64,000 bases of DNA from Armatimonadota bacterium (GTDB lineage: Bacteria; Armatimonadota; Fimbriimonadia; Fimbriimonadales; GBS-DC): contig JBBIQK010000004.1 of the NCBI GenBank assembly GCA_037442365.1, positions 12,326-76,325 of the forward strand, written 5' to 3'. Each line of letters starts with the position of its first letter. Positions within the stretch are counted from its first letter, which is position 1. The notes under the pieces are model-generated. The model saw nothing but the letters and a program-made list of their open reading frames with translations. It had not been told where the DNA came from and did no database searches. The position numbers were made by a program, and so were the translations under genes. Below, piece by piece: positions 39,208 through 49,977 of the stretch.

Positions 39208-40170
39208 ATGGATCGCAATCTGGGCATGGATTTTGTACGCGCGACTGAGGCGGCGGCGCTCAGTTCGGGGCGTTGGGTTGGCAAGGGCGACCGACACGCA
39301 GTAGACCAGGCGGCGTGTGAAGCAATGCGCCGCACGCTCGGCGACATCGACATGAAAGGCGTCGTGGTTATCGGCGAGGGCGAACGCGACGAAGCGCCGA
39401 TGCTCTACATCGGCGAGGAACTCGGCACAGGCAACGGGCACGCGGTGCAAATCGCCGTCGACCCGGTGGAGGGTACCAACCTCGTCGCCACCGGGCAACC
39501 GGGCGCGATTAGTGTGGTCGCCGCCGCGATGGAAGGCGAGGGCAAGCTGCTCCGCGCCCCCGACATCTATATGGACAAACTGGTCGTCGGACCCGCCGCT
39601 AAAGGCGCAGTGGACATCACGCTGCCCCCGCGCATGAACCTGAAGGTCATCGCCAAGAGCCTCGGCAAAGAGGTGCAGGATTTAACCGTTGGCATGCTCG
39701 ATCGCCCGCGCCATGAGCAACTGATTCGCGAGATTCGGCAGGCGGGGGCGCGCATTCGGCTGGTGTCCGACGGCGATTTGTCGCTCGCGCTGGAGGCGTT
39801 AGACCCGCAGGGCGAGATCGATGTGCTGATGGGCATCGGCGGCGCGCCGGAGGGGGTGCTGTCCGCCGCCGCCGCGCTGTGCATGGGCGGCGAGATTCAG
39901 GCGCGACTGGTGTTCCGCAACGAGCAGGAACGCGAACGCGCCAAGCACCTGCTGGGCACGGAGGATGTCGATCGCGTGCTGACGATGGAAGACCTCGCGT
40001 GGGGCAATGTGGTGTTCGCCGCGACGGGCATCACGGGCGGCAACCTGCTGGGCGGCGTGCGCTACACGGGCTGGGGCGCCATCACGCACTCGGTCGTGAT
40101 GCGCTCGCGCAGCGGCACCATCCGCTGGCTGGAGACACACCATCACTTCCATCATGACCCGCGCTACTGA
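39208..40170 (+). CDS. glpX: Fructose-1,6-bisphosphatase class II
   Basis: VRATEAAA, VIGEGERDEAPMLYIGE, AVDPVEGT, DRPRH, SDGD, GGAPEGV, FAATGIT.G. RBS GAGGAG. Confidence 0.96.
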   Translation: MDRNLGMDFVRATEAAALSSGRWVGKGDRHAVDQAACEAMRRTLGDIDMKGVVVIGEGERDEAPMLYIGEELGTGNGHAVQIAVDPVEGTNLVATGQPGAISVVAAAMEGEGKLLRAPDIYMDKLVVGPAAKGAVDITLPPRMNLKVIAKSLGKEVQDLTVGMLDRPRHEQLIREIRQAGARIRLVSDGDLSLALEALDPQGEIDVLMGIGGAPEGVLSAAAALCMGGEIQARLVFRNEQERERAKHLLGTEDVDRVLTMEDLAWGNVVFAATGITGGNLLGGVRYTGWGAITHSVVMRSRSGTIRWLETHHHFHHDPRY

Positions 40171-40245
40171 GCCGTTTGCCTGCGTGTGGGGTAGAATGAT
40201 TCCGCGTGCGCGCCTGAGGCGCACGCACCGAATGAGGCGTCAGGC

Positions 40246-41205
40246 GTGATTACTATCGACTCTGTGGGCGACGCGCTGCAGCGTGTAGAGGCGCAAATCG
40301 GGCGCGTGATTATCGGGCAGCGGAGCGTCATTGAACAGGCGCTCTGCGCTTTACTGGCGGATGGACATATCCTGCTCGAAGGCGTGCCTGGCATCGCCAA
40401 AACGCTGTTGGTGCGCGTGATTGCCCAGACGCTGGGGCTGGAGTTCCGCCGTGTGCAGTTCACGCCTGACCTGATGCCCTCCGACCTGATTGGCACGACG
40501 ATTTTCGACGCCCAATCGGGCGAGTTTCGTGTGCGCTACGGACCGATTTTCGCGAATCTCGTGCTGGCGGACGAAGTGAACCGCACCCCACCCAAAACGC
40601 AGTCCGCGCTGTTAGAGGCGATGGAGGAGCGCAGGGTCACCATCGATGGCGTCTCGCATGCGCTGCCGCGCCCGTTCATGGTGTTCGCCACGCAGAACCC
40701 CATCGAGTACGAGGGAACCTACCCGCTTCCAGAAGCGCAGTTAGACCGATTCCTGCTGAAGGTGGTGATGGACTATCCTGCGGAAGAGGAGGAGCGCGCC
40801 ATCCTGCGCCTGCACGACGAGGGCTTCCGCACGCACCAGCTGGAGCAGGTCGGACTGGCGCCTGTGATGGATGCACAGGAGCTGGAGCAGTTGCGCGCTG
40901 TGGTGCGTGCGGTTCAGGTCGCCGACGCGGTGCGCGATTATATTCTGCAGATTGTGCGTCGCACGCGCCAGAACGAGTACCTGTTGGTGGGCGCAAGCCC
41001 GCGCGCGGGCGTCGCGCTGCTGCTGGTGAGCAAGGCGCTGGCGACGATGCGGGGGCGCGCCTTCGTCACGCCCGACGATGTGAAGCAGATGGCGACGCCC
41101 GTGCTGCGCCATCGCCTGATTCTCAAGCCCGAAGCGGAAGTCGAAGGGCTGAACGCCGACCGCATCCTGTCCAGCATTCTGGAGAGTATCCCTGTGCCGC
41201 GATGA
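40246..41205 (+). CDS. MoxR family AAA+ ATPase
   Basis: LLEGVPGIAKT, RVQFTPDLMPSD, LADEVNRTPPKTQSALLEAM, ATQNPIEYEGTYPLPEAQLDRF. Confidence 0.95.
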   Translation: MITIDSVGDALQRVEAQIGRVIIGQRSVIEQALCALLADGHILLEGVPGIAKTLLVRVIAQTLGLEFRRVQFTPDLMPSDLIGTTIFDAQSGEFRVRYGPIFANLVLADEVNRTPPKTQSALLEAMEERRVTIDGVSHALPRPFMVFATQNPIEYEGTYPLPEAQLDRFLLKVVMDYPAEEEERAILRLHDEGFRTHQLEQVGLAPVMDAQELEQLRAVVRAVQVADAVRDYILQIVRRTRQNEYLLVGASPRAGVALLLVSKALATMRGRAFVTPDDVKQMATPVLRHRLILKPEAEVEGLNADRILSSILESIPVPR

Positions 41206-42314
41206 GTAGCCTGCTTCTGGAACGCCCGCCCCGACTGCGCGATGCGCCTGACGACTCTGGCGATGGGCGCGAGCGAACCCCTGTGTTAATCGTTGTGCGC
41301 CCCAGCAGCAGCGGCATGCTCCGCCATGTGCAGGGGCTGATTAAGTACCTGCCTGAGTTTGGCTATGCGCCGACGCTGACGGGACCCGACTTTATCCGCG
41401 ATCGCGCCGGTATCCTCGCCGACACACGCGCGGTTCGCACGCTGCGCCAATATGCCGAAGAGTTCCCCTTCATCCACTGCCACGGTGTGCGAGCGGGCTG
41501 GATTTGCGCGCTGGCGTTCCGCGACCGCTACCCGTGGCTGTGGACAGTGCATCACCTGCTGCTGAGCAGGAGTACGCTGGTGCGCGCCCTGTGGCGCTGG
41601 ATCGCCCGCTACCCGCGCGTGATTACGGCGGTCTCGGAGCAGGTAAAAGCAGGGCTTGTGCGCGGCGGCGTGCCAGACGCACGCATCGAAGTGGTACCGG
41701 GAGGCATCGACCTGGAGCGATTCGAGAAGTTGCCCCGGCGCGAGGCGATGCGCGAGCAGTTTTTCGTGCCCGCCGACCGCCCCATCCTGCTGTGCGTGGG
41801 GCGATTTGTGCGCCATAAGGGGTTCGACCTCGCGATACAGGCGATGGAGCGCGTCTGGGAGTGCCTCCCTGACGCCGATCTGTGGCTGGCGGGCGACGGA
41901 CCCGACAACACGCGCCTGGTGAAGCTGACCGCCGCCAGTCGCCGCCCGCACCATGTGCGCTTTTTCGGCTACTGGAGCGCGGTGGAGGAGCTGTACGCCG
42001 CTGCCGATGTGCTGCTGGCGCCTGCGCGCGACGCGGGACTGGGGCTCTCGACGATGGAAGCCATCGCCTGCGGGCTGCCCGTTGTGGCGACGGACATCCC
42101 CGCGATGCGTCGCCTTGTTCAGCATGAGCGCACCGGGCTGCTGGTACCGCCCGAGGACCCGACCGCGCTGGCGAACGCCGCGCTGCGACTGCTCAACGAG
42201 CGCGCTCTCGCGAAACAGCTGGCGCAGAACGCCCTCCAGACCGCCGAGCAGTTCCACATCCGCCATACGGTTGAGCAGACGACGCCCCTCTACCGCAGAC
42301 TCACGCGGGGCTAA
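41202..42314 (+). CDS. Glycosyltransferase family 4
   Basis: VGRFVRHKG, LAGDGP, EAIACGLPVVATD, TGLLVPP. Confidence 0.88.
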   Translation: MSSLLLERPPRLRDAPDDSGDGRERTPVLIVVRPSSSGMLRHVQGLIKYLPEFGYAPTLTGPDFIRDRAGILADTRAVRTLRQYAEEFPFIHCHGVRAGWICALAFRDRYPWLWTVHHLLLSRSTLVRALWRWIARYPRVITAVSEQVKAGLVRGGVPDARIEVVPGGIDLERFEKLPRREAMREQFFVPADRPILLCVGRFVRHKGFDLAIQAMERVWECLPDADLWLAGDGPDNTRLVKLTAASRRPHHVRFFGYWSAVEELYAAADVLLAPARDAGLGLSTMEAIACGLPVVATDIPAMRRLVQHERTGLLVPPEDPTALANAALRLLNERALAKQLAQNALQTAEQFHIRHTVEQTTPLYRRLTRG

Positions 42315-42320
42315 CGCGCC

Positions 42321-43757
42321 CTACAGCGCGCGCTGCGCGATCGCGTTCCCGTCGCAACTGAGCAGCACCTGCTCGTCGTCGATGACCGTCTCCAGATGCA
42401 CGGGGCGTCCCCAGAGGCGCACCAGATAGCGCAGGCAGCGCGTCGTGCGTTGCATATCGAGCGGCTTGCCGTCGTAGTGATGCTTCAGGTACAGTTCGCC
42501 GCGATGCTCCCAATCGCCGTCCTCGACGGTAATCACAGGCGCGCCGAAGTTGGTCATGTTGTCCACCAGCGTATTGCGCACCACGCGCCAGTCGGTCTCG
42601 TCCACCACCCACACCAGCTCGCCGTTGCGCTCTTCCACGCGGTAGGTGTAGAGGTCTAACTCGCGCACCAGTTTCTCAGTGAGGTACTTGTGCAGGAAGG
42701 TCTGGTCGCACTCCAGCGTGCGCACCTCGAAGAGTTTCTGCATCCCCTGCCCGACGGGTCGCTCGATGCGCGTGCCCAGCCAGTCGGTCTCCTGCTCGTC
42801 CGGGTCTATCTCGCCGTTCCAGCGTCGCTCGATGTCGCGCAGCACCTTGTAGCCGACATAGTAGGGGTTCAGATTCATGCGCGAGCCGGGCTGAATCACC
42901 GACGAGTGCATCTTGCGGAACTGCACATGTTCATCGGGGGTGAGGGGGAGGTCTTCCAGTATTCTCTCATGCCACAGTGAAGCCCAACCTTCGTTGATTA
43001 TCTTAGTTTTAATTTGTGGTAAAAAATAAATCATCTCTTCGCGAATCATGCTGATGATGTCGCGTTGCCAGTCTTCCAGCACGCGCGAGTGGTCGCGAAT
43101 AAACAGCAGCAGGTCTTTCTGCGGCTCTTCGGGGATTTTGCGCGGCTTGGGTTCGGGTTTGGGCTTGGGCTGCGCCATGTAGAAGAGGTCTTCATAAGTG
43201 TCGCCGACCGGGCTGGGTTCCCGTGATTCCTGCGTGCGGGGCGGCGCGCCGTAGGTGGGCAGCACGGGGTCGATATGCTCCTCGATGGAAAGCACCGCGT
43301 CCAGAAACTGCTCCACGACCAGCGGACCATGCACCATTTCGTAGTGGCGGATGCGTTCGGCGTGCAGGCGGGCGCGCTCGATCATTTTGCGGTCGGTGTG
43401 CTCAAAGTAGATGTTGTTTTTGAAAAAGTCGGAGTGTCCGTACACATGGGCAATCACCAGCTTGTGCGCCAGCATGTCGTTCACATCGAGCAGGAACGCC
43501 TGCGAGGGGTCGCAGTTGAAGACCAGCTCGTAGATACGGCTCACGCCGTACTCATACATGGTTTTCTGTACATGGTAGTCGCGCCCGAAGGTCCAGTGCG
43601 AGAAGCGCGCAGGCAGGGCATACGACCCCAGTTCGTAAATCACATGGGCGGGCGCGACCTCGAAATGCACCGGGAACGGGTCCAAGCCCATTTCCAGCGC
43701 TTTTTCGTAAATCATCTCGATCCAGCGTTCCAGTTCGGCGCGTTCAGCCTGCGTCAT
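42321..43757 (-). CDS. SpoVR family protein
   Basis: RFSHWTFG, IYELVFN..P, HVYGHSDFFKNN, YFLPQIKTKIINEGWAS.WH, NPY.VG. Confidence 0.92.
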   Translation of the reverse strand: MTQAERAELERWIEMIYEKALEMGLDPFPVHFEVAPAHVIYELGSYALPARFSHWTFGRDYHVQKTMYEYGVSRIYELVFNCDPSQAFLLDVNDMLAHKLVIAHVYGHSDFFKNNIYFEHTDRKMIERARLHAERIRHYEMVHGPLVVEQFLDAVLSIEEHIDPVLPTYGAPPRTQESREPSPVGDTYEDLFYMAQPKPKPEPKPRKIPEEPQKDLLLFIRDHSRVLEDWQRDIISMIREEMIYFLPQIKTKIINEGWASLWHERILEDLPLTPDEHVQFRKMHSSVIQPGSRMNLNPYYVGYKVLRDIERRWNGEIDPDEQETDWLGTRIERPVGQGMQKLFEVRTLECDQTFLHKYLTEKLVRELDLYTYRVEERNGELVWVVDETDWRVVRNTLVDNMTNFGAPVITVEDGDWEHRGELYLKHHYDGKPLDMQRTTRCLRYLVRLWGRPVHLETVIDDEQVLLSCDGNAIAQRAL

Positions 43758-43825
43758 AAATGCCCCCAGTCATGGATATTAACGCAGATAATTGTCGGCA
43801 GGTTCCAACGGTTTCGTGAGGCGAT

Positions 43826-43862
43826 AAAAATCGCGCCGAACCCCTGTCGGGTCCGGCGCGAT
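43826..43862 (-). terminator. Intrinsic terminator of the DUF1559 gene
   Basis: On the minus strand ATCGCGCCGGACCC-loop-GGGTTCGGCGCGAT followed by TTTT. Confidence 0.75.
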
Positions 43863-43889
43863 GGGATGTCGGTTGGGAAAGATTCAGGC

Positions 43890-44750
<861 letters not shown>

Positions 44751-44932
44751 AGGTCTGCTCATACCTCCTGTTGGTAATGGTTCTCCCCACTCTGCCTGCC
44801 CAGAGAGGCAGGCTTCAGAATAAGACGAAGGCAGTCCCGATAATCGGGGCTGCCCTCCTGGGAGTAGCCTATTATACCCCAAATGCAGTTTTGTCAAGGG
44901 GTATACGGCAAAACTGTTAATTATTGGGGGCG

Positions 44933-45523
44933 TCAGAGGATTTCCGACGCCGTGATGATACTTTGGGCAATCTCTTTCATCGTTTTGTTTTGATTGCGCG
45001 CCATGAAGTGGATGCGTCGGAAGGCTTCCGATTCGCTGAGTCCCAGCCGATCCATCAGGATGCCTTTCGCGCGTTCGATGAGTTTGCGCGTTTCGAGCGA
45101 TTCCTGCAACTCGCGCACCTCGTTGTCTTTGGTTTGCATTTCGCGGAATCGGGTCAGGGCGACATTGATGGCGGGCGCGAGTTCCTGTTTGCGGAATGGT
45201 TTGAGCAGGTAGGCATACGCGCCGGCGGCGGTCGCCTGGTTGACCAGTTCCTCTTCAGCATACGCAGTGAGGAACACAATCGCGCAGGGGTGCTGAATCA
45301 CGATCTGGCGCGCGGCTTCGATGCCGTCCATCAGCGGCATTCGAATGTCCATCACAATCACATCGGGCTGTGCCTGGAGCGCGACGCGGACCGCATCCTC
45401 GCCTGTTTCTGCCTCTCCAACGACCTCGTAGCCCAGCTGCTCCAGCTGGGTACGCACCATCAGTCGGGTCAGTTCCTCATCTTCCGCGACCATGACACGA
45501 ATAGGCGATTTGTGCGTTTCCAT
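44933..45523 (-). CDS. ANTAR-domain response regulator (PdtaR/EutV-like)
   Basis: Receiver domain (AEDE, MDIRMP, LTA, KP) plus ANTAR ([12 protein letters not shown]....[18 protein letters not shown]). Confidence 0.95.
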   Translation of the reverse strand: METHKSPIRVMVAEDEELTRLMVRTQLEQLGYEVVGEAETGEDAVRVALQAQPDVIVMDIRMPLMDGIEAARQIVIQHPCAIVFLTAYAEEELVNQATAAGAYAYLLKPFRKQELAPAINVALTRFREMQTKDNEVRELQESLETRKLIERAKGILMDRLGLSESEAFRRIHFMARNQNKTMKEIAQSIITASEIL

Positions 45524-45542
45524 AGTTCCCTCCATCTCTCGC

Positions 45543-46631
45543 TTAGCTTCGCTTCGCTCGGCTTGCGGTATAGCGGCGCGCCATCTCCAGTTTACCTGCT
45601 GTAGAGTAGCAGGGGCTGTCGGGCGTGATGGGCAATTGCACAACATCCCCTGTGAAGGCGGACTGGTAGATGGCAGTGATCAGTTCCAGCGCGCGTCGCC
45701 CCTCCATAGCCGACACGCGCGGTTCGCGGTTCTCCAGCACACTGGACACAAAGTCGTGAATCTCGGCGGTATGCCCTGGGATTTCCTGTTCTGGGACGGC
45801 ACGGCACGCTTCGCCGATTTGCAGATGGCGCTCCTCGTGGCGGGAGTGGGGACGGAACGGGAACATCTGCAACGAGCCGTGCGCGCCCAGAATCAGCAAG
45901 CGGCTGGAATCGGTCTCCAGCTCGGCGCAGGTTGCGGCGCAGAAGCTCGCTTTAAGCCCCTCCCAGTAGAGCGTCGCCAGACACCAGTCTTCCACCTCTA
46001 TCTGGTGCGCGACGGTGTCGATTTCGGCGTAGACGCGCTGGGGCGTCCCCAGCAGGTGAATCAACAGGTCGAGGTGGTGGATGGCTTGATTGATGACCGC
46101 GCCGCCGCCTTCGGTCGCCCACTTGCCGCGCCAGGTGTTCTCGTAATACATCGGGCGTCGCCACCAGAGGCAGCTTGCCTCTGCATAAAACGGCGTCCCA
46201 ATCAGTCCGCGATCGAGAATCAGCCGTGCGCGCTGCACATCGCTCTCGAAGCGCAGCTGGAACACGACGCTGAGACGCCGTCTTGCTTTCTGCGCCGCGC
46301 GAATCATCGCGTCGGCTTCCTCCAGACTGATTGCCAGCGGTTTTTCGACCAGCACATGTTTGCCCGCCTGCAGGGCAGCGATGGCGACAGGCGCGTGGAG
46401 ATGATGCGGCAGGCAGAGGCTGATAATCTGGATGTCGTCGCGCTTGAGTAGCTCCTCATCCTCACTGCTCCAGATGGGAATCTCGTAGCGGCGCGCGAAC
46501 GCGCGGGCGCGCTCCTCGTCGATGTCCGCGATACCAATCAGGTGCGCTTTTGCGCCCAGCATTTGATAGGCTTTCGCGTGCGCTGCCGCAATTCCGCCTG
46601 CTCCAATAATCCCAACGCCTACTGTCTCCAT
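45543..46631 (-). CDS. Gfo/Idh/MocA family oxidoreductase
   Basis: VGIIGAGGIA, GKHVLVEKP, GGGAVINQAIHHLD, EVED. Confidence 0.92.
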   Translation of the reverse strand: METVGVGIIGAGGIAAAHAKAYQMLGAKAHLIGIADIDEERARAFARRYEIPIWSSEDEELLKRDDIQIISLCLPHHLHAPVAIAALQAGKHVLVEKPLAISLEEADAMIRAAQKARRRLSVVFQLRFESDVQRARLILDRGLIGTPFYAEASCLWWRRPMYYENTWRGKWATEGGGAVINQAIHHLDLLIHLLGTPQRVYAEIDTVAHQIEVEDWCLATLYWEGLKASFCAATCAELETDSSRLLILGAHGSLQMFPFRPHSRHEERHLQIGEACRAVPEQEIPGHTAEIHDFVSSVLENREPRVSAMEGRRALELITAIYQSAFTGDVVQLPITPDSPCYSTAGKLEMARRYTASRAKRS

Positions 46632-46682
46632 TCGCTTGCTCCTGGTCAAGCCCAGCCGTCTGGGACGCGAACCGTAGGATGT

Positions 46683-46711
46683 ATTGTACCCGCTGATGCA
46701 ACGCAAGTCAA
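46683..46711 (-). promoter_or_regulatory. Sigma70 promoter for the oxidoreductase-ANTAR regulator operon
   Basis: Minus strand TTGACT-N17-TACAAT. Confidence 0.7.
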
Positions 46712-46754
46712 AAAGCGGCAGGAATAGGCTTCGAGGGGGCGAATCGCGTCCGTG

Positions 46755-47468
46755 ATGGCGGTTGCGTTGAAGCAGGTAAGCGTGGCGTATGGCGAGCAAG
46801 GGGCTTTGCGGCGCGTGAGCCTGCGTGTGGAGCGCGGCGAGTTTGTGTTCGTGGTCGGCGCGACAGGGGCGGGCAAGTCGACGCTGTTCAAGCTGCTGTA
46901 CGGCGAGTTGCGCCCGACGGAAGGCGAGGTCTGGGTGCTGGGCGCGCCCGTACACGCGCTCAAGCCGCGCGAGCTACCCTTTCTGCGGCGGCAGATGGGC
47001 ATCGTGCCGCAGGATTATCCGCTTTTGCCGCGCAAGACGGTATGGGAGAACATCGCCTACGGCTTGCGCGCAATCGGCTACAACGAGAGCGCAGTGCGTC
47101 AGCGGGTGGCGCAGGTGCTGGCGCTGGTGGGGCTTAACGAACAGGCGCGCCAGCTGCCCAGCCAGCTGTCGGGCGGCGAGGCGCAACGCGCCGCCATCGC
47201 CCGCGCAATCGCCAACAATCCGCCCCTGCTGATTGCCGATGAGCCGACCGCCAACCTCGACCCCGACACCTCATGGGAGATTATCGAGCTGCTGATGCGT
47301 ATCAACCTGCGCGGGGCGACGGTGATTGTCTCGACGCACAACCGCACGATAGTCGACCGCGCCTGCCAGCGAGTCGTGGCGATGGATCGGGGACAAATCC
47401 TCAGCGATGTGCCGCGCGGGGGCTACCCGATTGAACTCGACCGCCTGTACGCTTCGGTGCTGCTATGA
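46755..47468 (+). CDS. ftsE: Cell-division ABC ATPase FtsE
   Basis: GATGAGKST, LRRQMGIVPQD..LL, LSGGEAQR, ADEPTANLD. Followed by ftsX. Confidence 0.88.
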   Translation: MAVALKQVSVAYGEQGALRRVSLRVERGEFVFVVGATGAGKSTLFKLLYGELRPTEGEVWVLGAPVHALKPRELPFLRRQMGIVPQDYPLLPRKTVWENIAYGLRAIGYNESAVRQRVAQVLALVGLNEQARQLPSQLSGGEAQRAAIARAIANNPPLLIADEPTANLDPDTSWEIIELLMRINLRGATVIVSTHNRTIVDRACQRVVAMDRGQILSDVPRGGYPIELDRLYASVLL

Positions 47469-48340
47469 TTGATCGCATCCGCTTCGTGTTGCAAGAGACA
47501 TGGGAGAGCCTGCTGCGCAACGCGACGATGCAGGCGGCGGCGATTAGCACGGCGTGCATCGCGCTGATTCTGCTTGGGGGCGCGGGCATGGCGCTGTATA
47601 AACTGGACGCCGCCGCGCAGGCGTTGCCCAGCCGCTTCGAGGCGGAAGTGTTCCTCAAGATGAGCGCGACGCGCGAGCAGGCGCTTCAGCTGCAAGCCGC
47701 GCTGGAGGCGACGCCCGAAATCGAGCGCGTGACGCTCACCCCGCGCGAAGTCGCCTGGGAAGAGCAGAAACGAACGCTCGCGGCGGATGTGAACCTCGCG
47801 GACATCCCGAACCCGCTGCCCGACAAGCTCACCGTGCGCGTGCGCGATCCGCAGCAGCTGCCCGCCGTCGCCGAGCGCATCAAGCAGTCGCCGCTGGTGG
47901 ACGAGGTGATCGACAGCCGCGCCGAGCTGCAGACGGTGCTGAGCCTGTCGCGGCTGGTGCGCTGGGTAGGGCTGGGCGCGGGCGGGCTGCTGCTGCTGGC
48001 GTCGCTCATCCTGATTTACAACACCGTGCGCCTGACGATTTTCTCGCGCCAGCGCGAGGTGCGTGTGATGGCGCTGGTCGGCGCGACGCTGCGCTCGATA
48101 CGGCTGCCGTTCGTTCTGGAGGGGATGACGCAGGGGCTGGTGGGCGGCGCGCTGGCGGCGACGCTGACCCTGCTAACGGCGGCGTTCCTGTCGGACTATA
48201 TGACCAGCCAGTGGGCGTTCCTGCGCGATTTGCCGCCCGGGATGCCCCCGTCGGCGGTGTTGATCGGGTTGCCCGCGCTGGGCGCGCTGATGGGCGGGCT
48301 GTGCGCGTGGTGGGCGACCCTGCGCTATGTGCGCATCTGA
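47465..48340 (+). CDS. ftsX: Cell-division permease FtsX
   Basis: NPLPD.L.V, IYNTVRLTIFSRQREV.VM.LVGAT...IRLPF.LEG. Confidence 0.9.
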   Translation: MIDRIRFVLQETWESLLRNATMQAAAISTACIALILLGGAGMALYKLDAAAQALPSRFEAEVFLKMSATREQALQLQAALEATPEIERVTLTPREVAWEEQKRTLAADVNLADIPNPLPDKLTVRVRDPQQLPAVAERIKQSPLVDEVIDSRAELQTVLSLSRLVRWVGLGAGGLLLLASLILIYNTVRLTIFSRQREVRVMALVGATLRSIRLPFVLEGMTQGLVGGALAATLTLLTAAFLSDYMTSQWAFLRDLPPGMPPSAVLIGLPALGALMGGLCAWWATLRYVRI

Positions 48341-48348
48341 GGGCGACT

Positions 48349-49347
48349 GTGCGGGGGCGACGCGCGTGGCTGGCGGGGACACTGCTGCTGGGGGCGCTGG
48401 GCGCGAGCGGGCTTATCTGCCTGCTCATCGGCGCGGTACCGCTCAGCCTATCGGAGCTGTGGGACGCCGTGCGCGGGCGGGGCGACGAGACAACGCAGGT
48501 TATTTTGTGGGAGCTGCGTCTGCCGCGCGTGTTGACGGCGGTGATGGTGGGCGGCGTGCTGGGCTGTGTCGGCTGCGCGTTTCAGGGGCTACTGCGCAAC
48601 CCGCTGGCGGACCCCTATATTGTGGGCGTCTCGTCGGGCGCGGCAGTCGGCGCGGCGGTCGGCGTGTTGCTCGGCTGGCACATGCGCGGCTGGGGCTGGG
48701 CGATTGCGCTGCTGGCGTTCGGCGGCGGGCTGCTGACGCTTATGCTCGCGCTGGGGCTGAGCCGACAGGCGGGGCAGTTGCGCATTCCCAGCTTCCTGCT
48801 GGTGGGCGTGTCGCTGAGCGCGAGCCTGTGGGGCATGATTACGCTGCTGCTAACGCTGGCGGGCGAAGACCTCTCGCGCGTGATTTACTGGCTGCTTGGG
48901 GGGCTGCTGAATGCCGACTGGGCGCGCCTGTGGGGGGCGAGTGTCCCTGCGCTGGTCGGGTGTACGCTGCTGCTGGCGCAGGCGCGCGCGCTTAACCTCT
49001 ACACGGCGGGCGAGGAAACGGCGCAGCATCTGGGCGCGCCCGTGGAGCGGCTCAAGTGGGTGGTGCTGGTGGGCGGCGCGCTGGCGACCGCCGCGACGGT
49101 GTCGATTGCGGGCATCATCGGTTTCGTGGGCTGGATGACCCCGCACCTGCTGCGGCGCGTGGTGGGGGGCGACCATCGCGCGCTAATGCCCCTCTCTGCG
49201 CTGGGAGGCGCGATACTTTTGCTCTGGGCGGACACGCTCGCGCGTACACTGGCGCGCCCTGTGGAACTGCCCGTCGGCGTGATTACCGCGCTGATGGGCG
49301 CGCCGCTCTTTTTGTGGGTGATGCGAAGCGAAACGCGGGCTGGATAA
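48349..49347 (+). CDS. FecCD/BtuC family iron or cobalamin ABC permease
   Basis: LRLPRV, FQGLLRNPLADP.I.GVSSGA, IIGFVG, ELPVGVITAL.GAP. Start uncertain. Confidence 0.88.
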   Translation: MRGRRAWLAGTLLLGALGASGLICLLIGAVPLSLSELWDAVRGRGDETTQVILWELRLPRVLTAVMVGGVLGCVGCAFQGLLRNPLADPYIVGVSSGAAVGAAVGVLLGWHMRGWGWAIALLAFGGGLLTLMLALGLSRQAGQLRIPSFLLVGVSLSASLWGMITLLLTLAGEDLSRVIYWLLGGLLNADWARLWGASVPALVGCTLLLAQARALNLYTAGEETAQHLGAPVERLKWVVLVGGALATAATVSIAGIIGFVGWMTPHLLRRVVGGDHRALMPLSALGGAILLLWADTLARTLARPVELPVGVITALMGAPLFLWVMRSETRAG

Positions 49348-49366
49348 TCACGCGGGACCGAGGCTC

Positions 49367-49584
49367 TCAAAGTTTTTCCCATTCCTCGCGCGAGACTCCA
49401 GCCTGACGAAGAATTCGAGCAAGCAAATCACGACTGATGTCGCCCTGATGGGGATTCGGCAGCACAACCTTAACCTCGCCTAAAACCATGTACTGGTGCT
49501 TGCGCCAGCATAGGGACCGATGAAGCCCAACTGCTTCAGATAGCGAATCAGGTCCGAACGCTTAATCGGACCAAACACTGGCAT
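49367..49584 (-). pseudogene. HicA-family toxin with 1-bp frameshift
   Basis: MPVFGPIKRSDLIRYLKQLGFIGPYAG then, in a shifted frame, KHQYMVLG..KVVLPNPHQGDISRDLLARILRQAGVSREEWEKL. Span is 218 nt, one short of a codon multiple. Confidence 0.85.
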
Positions 49585-49829
49585 CAGACTGCCTCCTGCT
49601 CAACAGTCAAAGAGATGCCGTCCACAACAGGCAGCGTATGTCCCAGCCTTAGTCCCAGAATAATCCATCCTTCCAGAACCTCTTGCAGCGTCTCGCGGCA
49701 TTCTTCAAGGGTTGGCGCGTTGGCGTAAACCCCCTGAAAGCCGGGAATCTCCCCGTAGTAAGTATTGTCCGGCAAAATCTCGTAAGTCGCTCGACGCATA
49801 GCGCCCTGAATGTAGTTGGTTAGCAACAT
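49584..49829 (-). CDS. HicB-family antitoxin (short, no DNA-binding domain)
   Basis: YYGEIPGFQGVYANAPTLEECRETLQEVLEGWI. Confidence 0.88.
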   Translation of the reverse strand: MLLTNYIQGAMRRATYEILPDNTYYGEIPGFQGVYANAPTLEECRETLQEVLEGWIILGLRLGHTLPVVDGISLTVEQEAV

Positions 49830-49977
49830 GTCCATCACCTGCGACCGGATCGAAGCGCGCCGCTGTTGGGGGAAGGGACGCGCATCCGTTCACAAGAGAA
49901 TTATATCCCATCTCTAGGCATCTGTGAAGCAATCGTCATAGGTCTCGTATTCCTTTCGCTCAGGTACAATACCCCCT

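Noticed and set aside
40133-40141. 9-nt match of the mini-array spacer 5' end (AGACACACC) inside glpX
   Set aside because: Too short, with no TTC-type PAM; expected by chance.
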